DNA of 63,017 nt, filler included, from Lenisia limosa (Eukaryota > Protista > Breviatea): NCBI GenBank assembly GCA_001655205.1. It is 12 parts of 12 records of this genome, joined end to end, with 100 filler letters (N's around TTAATTAATTAA, not from the genome) between each part and the next. Parts side by side here need not be neighbours in the genome. Positions count along the whole stretch, not along the records: positions 1 to 5,031 come from LPNZ01009628.1; positions 5,132 to 8,932 come from LPNZ01008088.1; positions 9,033 to 13,800 come from LPNZ01001249.1; 9 more parts are not named here. One strand, given 5' to 3'. The stretch's first letter is position 1; each line of letters begins with the position of its first letter. Shown piece after piece: positions 1 through 12,540 of this stretch. The position numbers and the translations under genes are program-made. The notes beneath the pieces were generated by a model. The model was not told the DNA's origin. It ran no database searches and saw only the letters and a list, made by a program, of their open reading frames with translations.

Positions 1-99
1 CAATGATATTTAAGACAGAAGAGGAACTGGATAATGGATGGGGGTGGAAGGGGAGCGAAAAGAATTTAGCCCAAGGTACACACGATTCGGTTTGCAACA

Positions 100-1186
100 T
101 GCAATTAAGCATCCGATAGCAGGATCTGACAAGGACGGTTTCGGCGAGGCCACAAACGACACTACTATCGAAGGTCCACTGAGAGATTGGAACGTTTCTT
201 GCCCTTCATTGTTGTCCAAATCCGCACTGGGGGGGGGGGGGGNNNNNNNNNNNNNNNNNNNNNNNNNNNNNNNNNNNNNNNNNNNNNNNNNNNNNNNNNN
301 NNNNNNNNNNNNNNNNNNNNNNNNNNNNNNNNNNNNNNNNNNNNNNNNNNNNNNNNNNNNNNNNNNNNNNNNNNNNNNNNNNNNNAAACAAGGCTGCATC
401 TGATGGAATGAAAATATGTTCTATGTATTTATAGAGATGAGAAATAAAACAAGGTTGTATCTGGCTGAAGCCGTCCTTACCATCACACTTATAAGAATAT
501 TGGATTATAGTTAAATATTAATTTACCCATTATAAGCATACCGGAGGGTTTGGAATGCAGAAGAAGCCAAGCTCATTTGGTTGGCGCTAGCAATTCCGAT
601 AATCGCAACTGCTGAGGCAATTCTGCAGGGTCAGTGTACGGTATCGCAGTTTTGCAAATAAATTCCCAAGGTAATCTTCTCTCCTCCTCTTCCCCACATT
701 TCTGTTAACTATTACCCACCACAGAGTTCACCGAAATCTCATGTTCACAGGGATAAAATTTCCCCGGGGTAATTCCCTCGGTCCCACCTGCAACGCCGCA
801 TTCTACTCTGCAGGAAGGCTTCCGGGGTATTTGAGAAGACCGTCGTGATCCTTCGACTTGCTGCTGAGACTGGGAAGCCTACGTTCTATGGGGGGTGGAG
901 AAAATGAGGGAAGAGGGGAGGAAAAATAGCAATTAGGAAGGGAGGGGGGGGGGGGGGNNNNNNNNNNNNNNNNNNNNNNNNNNNNNNNNNNNNNNNNNNN
1001 NNNNNNNNNNNNNNNNNNNNNNNNNNNNNNNNNNNNNNNNNNNNNNNNNNNNNNNNNNNNNNNNNNNNNNNNNNNNNNNNNNNNNNNNNTGAAGAAGACG
1101 CTTGCATTGCCGGCGTTTCCACCAGGCGTTGTACCCCCGGAAGACTGCGGACGCTTTGCTCAACTGTCACGGGGTTGCTGCTGTCT
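100..1186 (-). CDS. Fragmentary multi-exon hypothetical protein
   Basis: Candidate minus-strand exons with AG/GT ends near 1090-1186, 787-886 (NVGFPVSAASRRITTVFSNTPEAFLQSRMRRC), 541-626 (IASAVAIIGIASANQMSLASSAFQTLR) and below 226. No family recognised; interrupted by gaps. Confidence 0.35.
430..494 (+). repeat. Family C short interspersed repeat (representative copy)
   Basis: TAGAGATGAGAAATAAAACAAGGTTGTATCTGGCTGAAGCCGTCC...CCATCACACTTATAAG. Related copies at 2611-2668, 40599-40651 and 46627-46690; reverse copies at 13708-13772, 35601-35657, 47232-47289 and others. Confidence 0.8.
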
Positions 1187-2420
1187 GGAGGAGAAAAATT
1201 AGGCCGTTGTGTGCGGGTGCTTTTTTTTTTTTAAGAAATTAACGACCTCATATGCGAAGAAATATAGAGAAATATAAAATCGAAAAGTAAAACCAAAGAA
1301 TAATTAAACAAAGAGCTCAACTTCAACTCTGTTAGATCAGAAGGAACTATATAGGAATTCACACCGGTACCAAAAAGACCGGTAATATATCGATAGTTAT
1401 CGAGGATTTCTCGAGATTCGAGTCCTTTTTGTAATCTAAATGGCCATATTCGGAAGTCGCCCCTAATACTTGCTGTGAGTTCAAGAAGAACCACGAGTGA
1501 GTCGCAGAGGTCCGAGTTGGAATGTTCGAGAACGGTATGTGGGGCTTTAGCAGGGGTTTTGGCGACACTTTAATGTGAGACAAACAAGGGCAAATAATAC
1601 ACAAAAGAGGGGAAATATGNNNNNNNNNNNNNNNNNNNNNNNNNNNNNNNNNNNNNNNNNNNNNNNNNNNNNNNNNNNNNNNNNNNNNNNNNNNNNNNNN
1701 NNNNNNNNNNNNNNNNNNNNNNNNNNNNNNNNNNNNNNNNNNNNNNNNNNNNNNNNNNNNNNNNNNNNNNNNNNCTTCCTCAATCTGGATGGTTATTCAA
1801 ATTTCCATTATGCTTCATGGGATTATATCTGTTTGCATCATATTGGATGCGCTGTAGTGCATCAGTTGCTCTCTCATCCTAGCCACCCCACCCCACTCCC
1901 AGTAGTTTCTCAACTGTGTATTTTGGGCTTTTTCTTTTTGTTAAATTGTCTGATTTTANNNNNNNNNNNNNNNNNNNNNNNNNNNNNNNNNNNNNNNNNN
2001 NNNNNNNNNNNNNNNNNNNNNNNNNNNNNNNNNNNNNNNNNNNNNNNNNNNNNNNNNNNNNNNNNNNNNNNNNNNNNNNNNNNNNNNNNNNNNNNNNNNN
2101 NNNNNNNNNNNNNNNNTGAAGAGTACAGATGAGAAATAATTACGGCAGCATGCACTTATTAGAGTAGAATCTACGGACCAAAAAGAGGTGAAATGCCTCA
2201 GTTTATTAATGTGCTTCCCAAGATTATAATTTACTACTTTTTCCTCAAATGAATAAGAGCACCATGATTATATGAGAGCTTAATTAAAGCCTGAAAAAGG
2301 CAAAAAAAAAGAAAGAATATCATTCTTTGGATGACAGAGGTTGCAAAATAAGAAATAATTCAGGCTCCAGGAAATATATAGCTAAGTGGAAATTGAATAT
2401 AATGAGGTATGTGTATCGTA

Positions 2421-2507
2421 CACTACGACACATCGACTTAGGATTATTAGGAAAACGGTGGAATTCCCATATTTTAAATAGGAATCCCAAGTCGATGCGC
2501 CGTAGTG
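2421..2507. mobile_element. MITE family E copy (CACTAC termini)
   Basis: TA-CACTACGACACATCGACTTAGGATT ... AATCCCAAGTCGATGCGCCGTAGTG-TA. A second, left-truncated copy lies at ~3677-3804. Confidence 0.75.
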
Positions 2508-2547
2508 TAATACAGCTTCATTTATGCTCCATCCGTGAAAGGCTCAC

Positions 2548-4880
2548 TTTCAACTTGCTGTTTGCAGTATCGGCCTTATTGAGCGCCTAAGAGTGTAAAT
2601 ACTGATACAGGTAGAGATCTGAAATAAAATAAGGCTGTATCTGGCCGAAGCCACCATCACGCTTATAACAGATATTGAATGATAGTAAAAATTCGCTGAA
2701 GACTTTTAGAAGATAGTTTCTACTCTCCAAAACCATAACCACATCCCCCTCCACTAGGGATAATTTTCGAGGATTTATCGAGCAATTCAGTCTATTTTTT
2801 TAGAACTGAAGCGAAGCCCTACCCTCCACCCTATTTTCATCCCCATCTCCTCCCGGAAATCAGTAGCCAGACCTGAGCAAGTTGCATAGAAACGTCGTCA
2901 AATTGGTCGCGTAAGGCTGCCAAGTCCGACTCCAGTTTCGATACTCTATAGGTTGTGTTAGGAAAACCTTTTTTATTAGTAGTAGTATTAGTATTATTAT
3001 TCTGCTTTTTCTGGTTGGTATAAAGTACTCTGTAAAACCTATTATTATTATTATTATTACTCTATTATTAGTAGTATTTTTCTTTTATCTAGTTGGTACA
3101 AAGTATCTATAGGTTGTGTGTTGATAAAGAAAACAAATACCTTGGATTGTGTTGGTAAAAAAACAATATCCCTTTCATCAGAAGAAAAAAACAATCAAGG
3201 TAATATTTTCCATCAAGGTCAATTTTTGACTTCCGAAATTCAAATATCTGTCCTATTAATACTAAATATCAGTATCCCTACTTTTTAACTTCTTTCTTGT
3301 AGAGCAAAGAAACAGAGCGGATTTTGTCAGCAGAGGCATCAAATTTCTCTGCTGCTTCCTCCAAAGATAGTCGTTCCATGTCTATATTAAGTAAGTGGGT
3401 GTTTTTCATCTCTCTCTTGGGAAATAAAATCTTTCAATGTCTATAATCTAATAGAAGTCTTTTCATGTCTACATGGTAAGTAACAACCTTCTATTACCCC
3501 CCCCCCTGCTGCACAACTCCGTTATCCAATATTANNNNNNNNNNNNNNNNNNNNNNNNNNNNNNNNNNNNNNNNNNNNNNNNNNNNNNNNNNNNNNNNNN
3601 NNNNNNNNNNNNNNNNNNTCGCGATGGGCTAACCGCTCCTCCTTCAGAGATATCTGGATTATTTAGAAATCGGAGTATCGACTTGGGATTCTCTGGAAAC
3701 CCCGTAATTTTATTCAAATTTCCATAAAAATTCCATGGGATTCACATGTACAATATGATAATTCCAACTTGTTTACAAGAATCCCAAGTCAAAGCGCCGT
3801 AGTGCTGTTCTTATACCCCACCCCCAACCCCGTACCTGTTCCTCGCGGTAGTCAAGGTCACGGGCTTTATCTCTGAAGGGGGTTATGTTGGGTTAAGTTA
3901 GAACACAACCTACACACTATTGAACCCACGCCATAAGCAATTACGGTGAGGAGAGCCAATTAATCAATAATAACCTCCCAAAAAATAAGAGTTCCTGATG
4001 GTGATATGTATGGATTCCCTACGGTCCCAAAAAAAGACGGAATATTCCGATAAACCCTGGATGAATATCGATATTTGACCTCCTTTTCGGAGCGTAGGGA
4101 AGCCCTAATATATTAGATTTAAGTACCCAGCCCCACCCACTGCAACTCATTATGACGTTCATGTAACCTGGTTTTCTGGAAACTTAGTGCGGTGTTTTGG
4201 GCCTCCAAGTCGATGTATGCTTGTTCAATGGACTGTCGAGCTTGCCTGGGGGAGGGGGGGAGTAAAATAGGAAACTTTATGAAACAAAAAAAACCCAAAT
4301 CACCTCTGTTGGCTGACAACACACAAAAGTTGATAACAACAAACAAACAAAGCCCAGGCCAGTCGCTTCCACAGTACCCGGGGGGTAAAAAGAGCAGGAT
4401 CCGAGAAAATTTGTGAAGTACTTGTAATAAGCCTGATTTATAACGGCAAAACACAATACTTGTAATAAGCCTGCTGTATAACGACAAAACAACCCCCCAG
4501 AATCAACTATATGAAAAATGAGCAACACATCCAGAATACAAAAAACATTGCATTTTTAAAAAAACAGGTATTCAAAAACTCTCAAAAATAAGATACCCTA
4601 CTTCTACNNNNNNNNNNNNNNNNNNNNNNNNNNNNNNNNNNNNNNNNNNNNNNNNNNNNNNNNNNNNNNNNNNNNNNNNNNNNNNNNNNNNNNNNNNNNN
4701 NNNNNNNNNNNNNNNNNNNNNNNNNNNNNNNNNNNNNNNNNNNNNNNNNNNNNNNNNNNNNNNNNNNNNNNNNNNNNNTTTGTTCCGCAGTAGGCTGCGG
4801 CTTTTGGGATGTTGCTAGCTCTGACGCTCCAAATTTTGATTCTGGTGTGATTACACAAATGTCATTCAATAGTGCCCAAT
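2548..4880 (-). CDS. Coiled-coil protein, internal exons
   Basis: Minus-strand exons: WALLNDICVITPESK..., QARQSIEQAYIDLEAQNTALSFQKTRLHERHNELQ, DKARDLDYREEQ, ISLKEERLAHR, DMERLSLEEAAEKFDASADKIRSVSLLYKKEVK, VSKLESDLAALRDQFDDVSMQLAQ, ALNKADTANSKLK. Composition is heptad-like. Confidence 0.65.
4009..4107. mobile_element. MITE family A copy
   Basis: Imperfect TIRs TA-tGGaTTCCCTACGG ... CGTAGGGAAGCCC-TA around a TCGA-rich core. Confidence 0.7.
4246..4378 (-). repeat. Family D repeat ending at a 3' splice site
   Basis: Minus strand GGTACTGTGGAAGCGACTGGCCTGGGCTTTG...CAACAGAGGTGATTTGGG...GTTTCATAAAG...ATTTTACTCCCCCCCTCCCCAG, then an exon. Confidence 0.8.
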
Positions 4881-4918
4881 CTGTATCATTGATCTATTTA
4901 CATTAGAATCCATTACTC

Positions 4919-5031
4919 TATTCATCATCACCATCATCAATATTCTTCTACATCACTCTATTCATCATCACCATCATCACCATCATCACTATTCTTCTAC
5001 ATCACTCTATTCATCATCACCATCATCACTA
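4919..5031. repeat. Minisatellite (TATTCATCATCACCATCATCA...TATTCTTCTACATCACTC)
   Basis: About 2.5 copies of a ~40-49-nt CAT-rich unit, running into the spacer. Confidence 0.8.
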
Positions 5032-5131
5032 NNNNNNNNNNNNNNNNNNNNNNNNNNNNNNNNNNNNNNNNNNNNTTAATTAATTAANNNNNNNNNNNNN
5101 NNNNNNNNNNNNNNNNNNNNNNNNNNNNNNN

Positions 5132-6574
5132 TGTCGATTGTCAATGAGGAGGGTGTGAAGGGCCTATTCCGTGGTATTTCCCCCGCTCTCGTCCTGGTTA
5201 TCAACCCCGTGATTACGTTCACCGTTTTCGAGTCTCTGTCCACGGCGATTACCAAGAGACGCGGAAGGAAGATGGTGGGTGTGTATGTGATGCTTCACTT
5301 CGGCCCAGAAAAGGACTGGATTTCTCGATAAATCATCGAAATATTTCGATAAATCAGCGATATATTTCGATAGTTTATCGATCTTTTTCTTACCGAAGTG
5401 AAGCCCTATTATCCCTTTGGCTCATTCCGAAAAGATAGGCGAAATGTCGATGTTTTCTAGGATTTATCGAGAAATTCAATATATTTTCGAGCAAAAGGGA
5501 TCTCTATGATCGTAGTTTCAATAGAGACTTACTGCCAAAACAAATGTCTCACCAATTCTAGCGCGGTATTGAGACCTTTGTTGCTGGTGCAGTAGCCAAG
5601 TTTATTGCAACCGTCCTCACATACCCCTATTTAGTTGCTAAGGCCAGACTCATGCGCAAGGTGCGGAGCTTGGAGAGGGGATTTTGATGATGATTATTGA
5701 CTGTTGGCGGCCAACAGAGTTGTTTTTTTTTGTATTGTTTTACCATATTCCAATTTTACCTTGTTTTTTTTGTTTGTTTGGAGTTTCAGATTATTCGGTT
5801 CGTGATTAGTACCTTAACGCCAATANNNNNNNNNNNNNNNNNNNNNNNNNNNNNNNNNNNNNNNNNNNNNNNNNNNNNNNNNNNNNNNNNNNNNNNNNNN
5901 NNNNNNNNNNNNNNNNNNNNNNNNNNNNNNNNNNNNNNNNNNNNNNNNNNNNNNNNNNNNNNNNNNNNNNNNNNNNNNNNNNNNNNNNNNGACACGGACA
6001 AACCCATCTTATCATTGTGTAATACCGCACTAAATAGGCCCGACAGGGGAAATCTAAATTGAAGGAAAGCTCTCAAACCTCGATGGGCATGGACACTAGT
6101 ATTTAATCACCCTTGATGATACGAAATATGACCGTGCAAATATCGATATTTTTCGATATGATATGTATATTGAGACATTTAATTTTTGTTTGGGGGTCTT
6201 TTTGAGTTTCTAACCCTGCAGCGAAGGAAAGTTCTCCAATCTCTACACGGGTATGGGCCCTAAGAGTATTCAAGCCGTTCTTCAGAGTGCTATTCTTCTC
6301 TTGACTAGGAGCAAGGTGTGGGGGGTAATGGGAGCAAGTACTTGGAATAGGAGGGGGATGGGTAGTCCCTATTAGGAGTAAAGTGGTAGTGGTGGTAGAT
6401 AGGGATGAAGAGTTCTTTCTTTTTCCTCACTATTTCATCTTTTCCCTCATTCTTTCATCTTTTCATCCTTTTCCTCAGCATTCTGTCATCTTTTCCCTCA
6501 CTATCCAGATTGAGACGGCCTCGGTTTCCGTTATCCTGTCCCTCTTCCGCGTTCTCAAATCTATTAGACAGTAA
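5132..6574 (+). CDS. SLC25A17: Mitochondrial-carrier-family protein, peroxisomal PMP34/ANT1-like; C-terminal half only
   Basis: Exons translate to SIVNEEGVKGLFRGISPALVLVINPVITFTVFESL..., RGIETFVAGAVAKFIATVLTYPYLVAKARLMRK, EGKFSNLYTGMGPKSIQAVLQSAILLLTRSK and IETASVSVILSLFRVLKSIRQ* (stop 6572-6574). Shows the Px[DE]xx[KR]-type carrier signature and the PMP34-like LVLVxNP and AKxxATxxTYP motifs. The ortholog name is by motif recall. Confidence 0.82.
5288..5408. mobile_element. MITE family A copy (intron of the carrier gene)
   Basis: GCTTCACTTCGG...CCGAAGTGAAGCCCTA. A second decayed copy follows at ~5410-5507. Confidence 0.7.
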
Positions 6575-7288
6575 ATCAATGCACCCCTCTGACCCTTGCT
6601 TTACTTACCAGTTACTTTCTACAAGATTACAAGTGTAGCGGATATAATCAATGTCTAATTGTGTGTAATTATTATGTATTATTACAATACAACGTGTTAC
6701 CAATCGAGATAAGAATAAGGATATGGTGTCTGACCGAAAATAAACCCTGCACGGTTGGTTAAACCACCATACGTTTGTTCTTAACTGCCAATCAACACTA
6801 CTCACTTTTCACTCATAATAAAATAAGAAAATAGTTCGATTCCTTGTCCTGCCCCCCCCCTTTTTTTTTTCAAAATAGAATAAATACTTGTTTTGTGTAT
6901 TTATTTTATTTTGCAGCAAGAGTCGAAATAAATAAAAAATCAAAAAAAAACCTAATAATAATAATAAGCCAAATTTAGTCGAGAGTCTTAATGGTGGATG
7001 GGGTCAGCCCTGAAAAATCAGACTCTCAAGATGTAGAGCAAAATGGATTGTTTTTCAATTAAATAAAATAGTTACAGTTTTCAGTTTTCACAAGGACTCC
7101 TTCGCTAATACCACCACCATAAACAAGAACACCAGCTCAAGTCACCATAAGCAAAATCAAGAACACCAACTCACTCAAGCTAACAAAGCAAAAAGCTGAA
7201 TTCCGCTGTATGTATGTGTATGTACATAACACATATTAAACTACTTCTCCCTCTACAACAACAACAACAAAAAAAGTTAAACTCCCTC

Positions 7289-8818
7289 TTACTTATCAGC
7301 ATAAACAAGAACACGTCCGTCACCGCCTGCAGCAAAAGCACGCCCGGCTGCAAGGGCAACTGCATTGACATAGAAGTACTTTCCGTTGTTGCTGTAACTG
7401 TTGGTCGCGAGGCACTCACCTGGTTGAGTAAGGAAGAGTGATTCCCTTAAGTCCCAAAAAGACGGGATTTCTCGATATATCCTCCATAAATATCAGTGGA
7501 AAGCCCTAGTAAGGACTGTTGTTGGGGTTTGATGCACTGAGCTGAACTGGACTTGGAAAAATTGCTTAAATGAGAGATAGTACATCTGTTTCTCCATTGG
7601 AATTTTTTTAATCTAAACACCCCCCCCCTCCCACCAGTGGCAATATTCCACATTTTGGAGGTGCAATCATTGGAAGAAGAAATCATGAAGTTTCTCAGCT
7701 GCTCAGTACCGACAAAGACACTTTGCGCACCCTTCCTATGTCCACTAAAATGGTGAAATAAAGGTACAATAGTAGTTAAAATTAGGGCTTCACTTCGGCT
7801 CGAAAAAAGACATTGATACTTCACCGGTCTTTTTCAGGCCAGAGTAAAGCGCCACCCAGAAACCGCCCGCATACGAGAAAACCTTGATGCACTCCAAGGT
7901 ATCAGCGTCCCTAAAACGATGAAGAAGATACGCATATCAAACAACTACGAGGGGGAGGGGTTCTGAACATATACTATATCAAACCCAGAGGAGAAGTGTC
8001 TGTGGCGACAAAATATATAGTGACCGGGATAAGTCCTTGGGAAATCATAGAGCACATCGGTCAAGACTTATCCCGTTCACAGTAAAAATAGAATAATCAT
8101 AATACAAATAATGCATATTTGGTTTCTTGTGTTTGTTATTGCTTCTTTTTTGTTTTTGTTTGGAGTTTCAGGTTGAGCACCTTTATGCCAATATTGTTCA
8201 TTGATATTTCCTTCGTTTTACCCCCCCACCCCCATACCACATTCTGACGGTCCCATCCGAGCCACCACCAGCTGAGAACACGAAATCACGCGCGCCTGTC
8301 AGGGAACGGGGGTAGTCTGTGTGCCTGGTTTAAATTAGTTACATAGAGATGACAAATAAAACAAGGTTGAATCTGGCCGGTAGTAAATATTATTTCACCC
8401 AATCATTTACCTTGCAGTGGTTTGAATTAGGCATAGGTAGGGCTTCACTTCGCTTCGAAAAAAGACTGAATTTCTCGATAAACATCGATATTTTACCGGT
8501 CTTTTTCGAACCAAAGTGAAGTCCTAGGCATAGGTGATATATACAAAGCACATTATAGCATTTATAATGTGTCGAATGGTTTATTGAAGAGTCATTAGGG
8601 CTTCCCTACGGTCCTAAAAAAAAAACTGAATTTATCGATAAATTCTCAATAAATATTGATATTTTAAAGGTCTTTTTCGGACCGTAGGGAGCCCAAAGTG
8701 TCATAGTAGAGCAGTAGAATATGTTATTTCACCTTGTACAAGAGCCCACTCAGTTAAGTCCTTGATGTGCTCCAAAGTGTCAGCGTTGTAGACACGGATG
8801 CGGTTCTCATTGGAGTTA
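7289..8818 (-). CDS. WD40-repeat protein, 3' exons
   Basis: Exons: NSNENRIRVYNADTLEHIKDLT; GARDFVFSAGGGSDGTVRM-W; DADTLECIKVFS; GHRKGAQSVFVG...MISSSNDCTSKMWNIAT; GECLATNSY...VNAVALAAGRAFAAGGDGRVLVYADK* (stop 7289-7291). GH...WD-type repeats. Confidence 0.8.
8018..8082. mobile_element. MITE family B copy
   Basis: AGTGACCGGGATAAGTC ... GACTTATCCCGTTCAC inverted repeat. Confidence 0.7.
8438..8526. mobile_element. MITE family A copy
   Basis: TAGGGCTTCACTTCG...AAAAAGAC / GTCTTTTTCGAACCAAAGTGAAGTCCTA. Confidence 0.8.
8596..8696. mobile_element. MITE family A copy
   Basis: TAGGGCTTCCCTACGGTCC ... GGACCGTAGGGAGCCC. Confidence 0.8.
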
Positions 8819-9080
8819 CTAAGGGAATTAAATGTACCATTGAAGTTACTATGTGAGTTAATCATTGGAGTTACTAAGAGGGCTAGTCATTATATAATAA
8901 TATATACTATATTACATATGATATACTATATANNNNNNNNNNNNNNNNNNNNNNNNNNNNNNNNNNNNNNNNNNNNTTAATTAATTAANNNNNNNNNNNN
9001 NNNNNNNNNNNNNNNNNNNNNNNNNNNNNNNNTATACATATTATATTGTAATTGTATTCCTATAATACTCACTTTGTAGC

Positions 9081-12000
9081 TTCTTGTTTATTACCCCGGT
9101 GAAGATGGGAAAACAGCCACATGTGAAGTTCGTGGCCGTCCAATTCACCGTTTGAGGATTGAAATAATTGAAAGGATACAACACAGTTTTTTCTGATATT
9201 TTCAGCCGCATTCCAAGCCTTTGACATCAATCTCGGCACCATATTTATGAATAACCATTTGGTAGGAGAAAAGTTCAAAGAAATTCATGAGATCATCAGA
9301 TTGTATTTTGAAAATCCGTTTTCCTGACTATTCAGACTCACCGAATGACTTTTAAGAACAATGATGGTACCTACAACAATCCATTCTATATTGATGATGC
9401 TACTCGTGGGTGATACTGTTGAAACCAGACGTACTCATTTTGTCAAAATAACTGAATATTGAAATATGATGATAAAGGAATATTATGGCAACCAAAGTAA
9501 CAAAGTGAAGCCAATCTCATATCATGTGAATTCAATGTTTTCTTCCAATCACAATTAGCAGCTATGCTGGGACTCCTCGTTGGCGTCCTGAGATTGCCTC
9601 TGAATATGGCAATTTTGTATGGGTCATATTTTAACATTGTTAGAAAAGCCCATCCAATCTGGTGATGAAACGGATTTACAGTACTTCTACGAGACGTACT
9701 CCACGGTTTGGCTTGGATAGTTGGTAATAGTATAATACAATATCATATACATTTGTATTGTAGCTGATTGTTTTGTTTACCTGACAGTCCCTTCCTGAAA
9801 ACCCAAAACTCTTCGAGGCAGTTCCATCAATGACGTGTCACACAAGACTGAGGTGAGTTTTTCAATGGACTGGTTATTTGTTTGGTATTGTGATATATGG
9901 GGCTTGGGTTGTGGGTGGGGATCCGTGGGGTTGCGGCGGGGATTGGTAGGGCCTGGGTGGTGTTTCATTGGACTTGAAGGGAGGGGGGAGGAGGGCTCTG
10001 TTAGAACGCTGTTGGGCGTGTTTTACTCTTCCCAGCTAGCAGTTGCCATTTGACCCAATAAATACAATCACAACAAATCTCAACAATGTCCTCATCCTAT
10101 CCCTTGTAGAGGAGCTGCTGGTCCTGATGTTCCACTTAAAGTCTGGTAAACTGTTGAAATTTAAAATGTACTATTTTGTATGGAAAGTTGAATAGTCCCA
10201 ATCCCATGGTGATCCAACTCCTGGAAATATGGAAATAATGAAATAATATTGCAATATTACAACCACATACCATAAAGAAGGAAAATTGGTTCAACAAACC
10301 CCAGGAATAATAATTCCTCGCATTGCGTATGCGCAATTTTCTTTTCTCTCTCCTTCCTCCCTCTCTCTTTTCATTCTTTTTCCAATTCTTTCTTCTTACA
10401 ACAACACACCGTACTGTATTGGTACTGCACCACCGCCTTGCTGCACCAGTACACTAGACACACCACAAGTGAAACACAGTGTCCAAATAATCACATAGAA
10501 CATCAACTTTCAACGCTCCAACGTCAAAAATGTATGTTATCCAAACCTAGGAGGAATATAGATAATAGTATATCGATATCTAGATTAGATAACTGAATCA
10601 AGTTAAAAACATAGTTTTGCTAAAAAAAGATATGAGTCTTTTTGTAAAGCTGTTTCTAGTCATAGGTGATTGAAATATAACAAATAAAAATTGGTTTTCT
10701 CCCCCATCAATCAAAGTGAAGCCGACTGACCGCACAGAACTACAGAACACTGGAGAAGTGCTGGAGAAGGACAAAAACACGATGATTACCAAGTTGCTCC
10801 TTCTTCTGAGCTTAATGCTGATTTGCTCATCAAATGGATACATTGGGATTGGCCCAGACGGGAAACTTTCTGGTAAGTAACTTACTTGGGTTCACTTTTT
10901 AGCACTTGAGTTATTGATAAGTCACAAGAACGAACTTGTCCAACTGATTCTCTAGGGTCGTATGCCACTGTCACAATTGGCGAGCTTAATGGTGGTAATG
11001 CAACTTTCGAAGAAGTCACAATGAACCAAGGTTGGAAAAGAAAAGTTTTTACCATTATTACTTTGAGTAAAAAGGGGATATAGATGCAGGTCGAAGGCTG
11101 GCGATCCTATTTCGAGAGTATGGAGATATTCATATCTTCAGTTTTTACGCAACGTCTTGAAACATCTGCGATGGTATTGAACGGTAGGCTTCTGGGAGGA
11201 TAGTTGCATATTATTATATAATAAAACGATATTGAATAGAGGAGGGAAGAAAGCTGTGCACGAGCTGTAAGGCAAGTAAGTGGGTGAATTAATAGTATAC
11301 TATCAGCTAATGATGGTGTGGACGACTTCGTCCAGACAGACGTGTTGTATTTCAGGTCTTTTTATTTCTCATATCATATATATGCTATGTTCCTATTTCA
11401 AAATGTTTTTAATACAAAATTAAAAAGGACCCTTTTTTTTGGTTTAGGTTGTTTTTTCACACATATGAGTCGCGCTCATTTGCAGAATACTCTGCTTATT
11501 TTCAACATATTTAGGAAAAATCCAAACCCATGGTGTGTATAAAATTGAAGCCTCTGAGACTGGAAGAGATATTGGCAATATTATCCAAGAAATCAGTAAG
11601 GATGGCTTTATTCCTTAGAATCATTGTATATTTATGTATAGTTGTTTCAAGTCATTTTCTTGCTGTTTACAACAATACCCCTCCCTCTCCATCGCTCTTT
11701 TTGATGATGTACCTATCCCCCACTTGTTTTTGTTGTTTCATTTGGATGGTGTTTGACGATTTAGTCGATATGCATGCTTCAAGCGCTGAGGTAAGGGTAT
11801 GTGCATTTTTAACACAATAAGGGGGTTGCCCAACTTCAATTTTTTTTTTTTTTTTTTTTTTNNNNNNNNNNNNNNNNNNNNNNNNNNNNNNNNNNNNNNN
11901 NNNNNNNNNNNNNNNNNNNNNNNNNNNNCCTATCATTGCATAGATCGACTTTGCCCCCTCCACTGATTGGTTTTGGACAGACCCCATCAGCCTCCCTGAG

Positions 12001-12540
12001 CGGTTTACCTTAAGAGTGAGCGGAAATGTGTTTGGGAGGGAGTAGGTGGTGATTCTCCTAGAAGTCAAGGGTTGTGGGGTTTTGTTTTTATTCAGTTAAG
12101 CTCATTTGCTGCTAGATTTCGTGTCATGGAAGCTCCTTCGATTCGGCGACCAACATCGTTACGCTGAACCTTAGACATGGCCTTTCAGTAGGAGAAGTAA
12201 AAAGATAACCTCTTGGCTCGAACCGTGTGGTTGCACTTAGCCTCAAAAATAATGGTTGCTCAGCATCAGAAAATGATTTCTTGGCCTCAAAAAACATCTA
12301 GTAATTACAAATCGCGCAAACAATGCTGTTTATTTTCTTGTACTTACCTGGGTGTGTTTTTTTTGGTTGGTTATTTTGCCAATATTTTCCTTCTCAAAAT
12401 TTCCCCTTGTTTCCTATCTCCAGTGCATGAATTCGGCGAAGGAATGCGCGTCTGCGCGCAAGGCCCATGTCGCATCATACGCCTCTGTAGGCAGCGGGGG
12501 AAATGGATCTCGCAATCTTGGAATCATAAATCAGGAATAT
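9081..12540 (+). CDS. Intron-rich hypothetical gene(s), structure unresolved
   Basis: A run of short GC-richer blocks bounded by yAG and GT on + (e.g. near 9206, 9337, 9788, 10957, 11943, 12117, 12424). I could not fix all phases or assign a family. Confidence 0.33.

Noticed and set aside
10-2155. ORF-track entries containing long X runs (here and throughout)
   Set aside because: They are open only because N-gaps contain no stop codons.
9069-9410. Minus-strand reading resembling a Cys-loop receptor TM3/loop (WIVVGTIIVLKSH...KWLFINMVPRLM)
   Set aside because: There is no usable acceptor joining the pieces, and the plus strand has a better run of GT-AG exons.
9560-9625. Kinase-like YAGTPRWRPE
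   Set aside because: No other kinase subdomains nearby, and the frame is uncertain.
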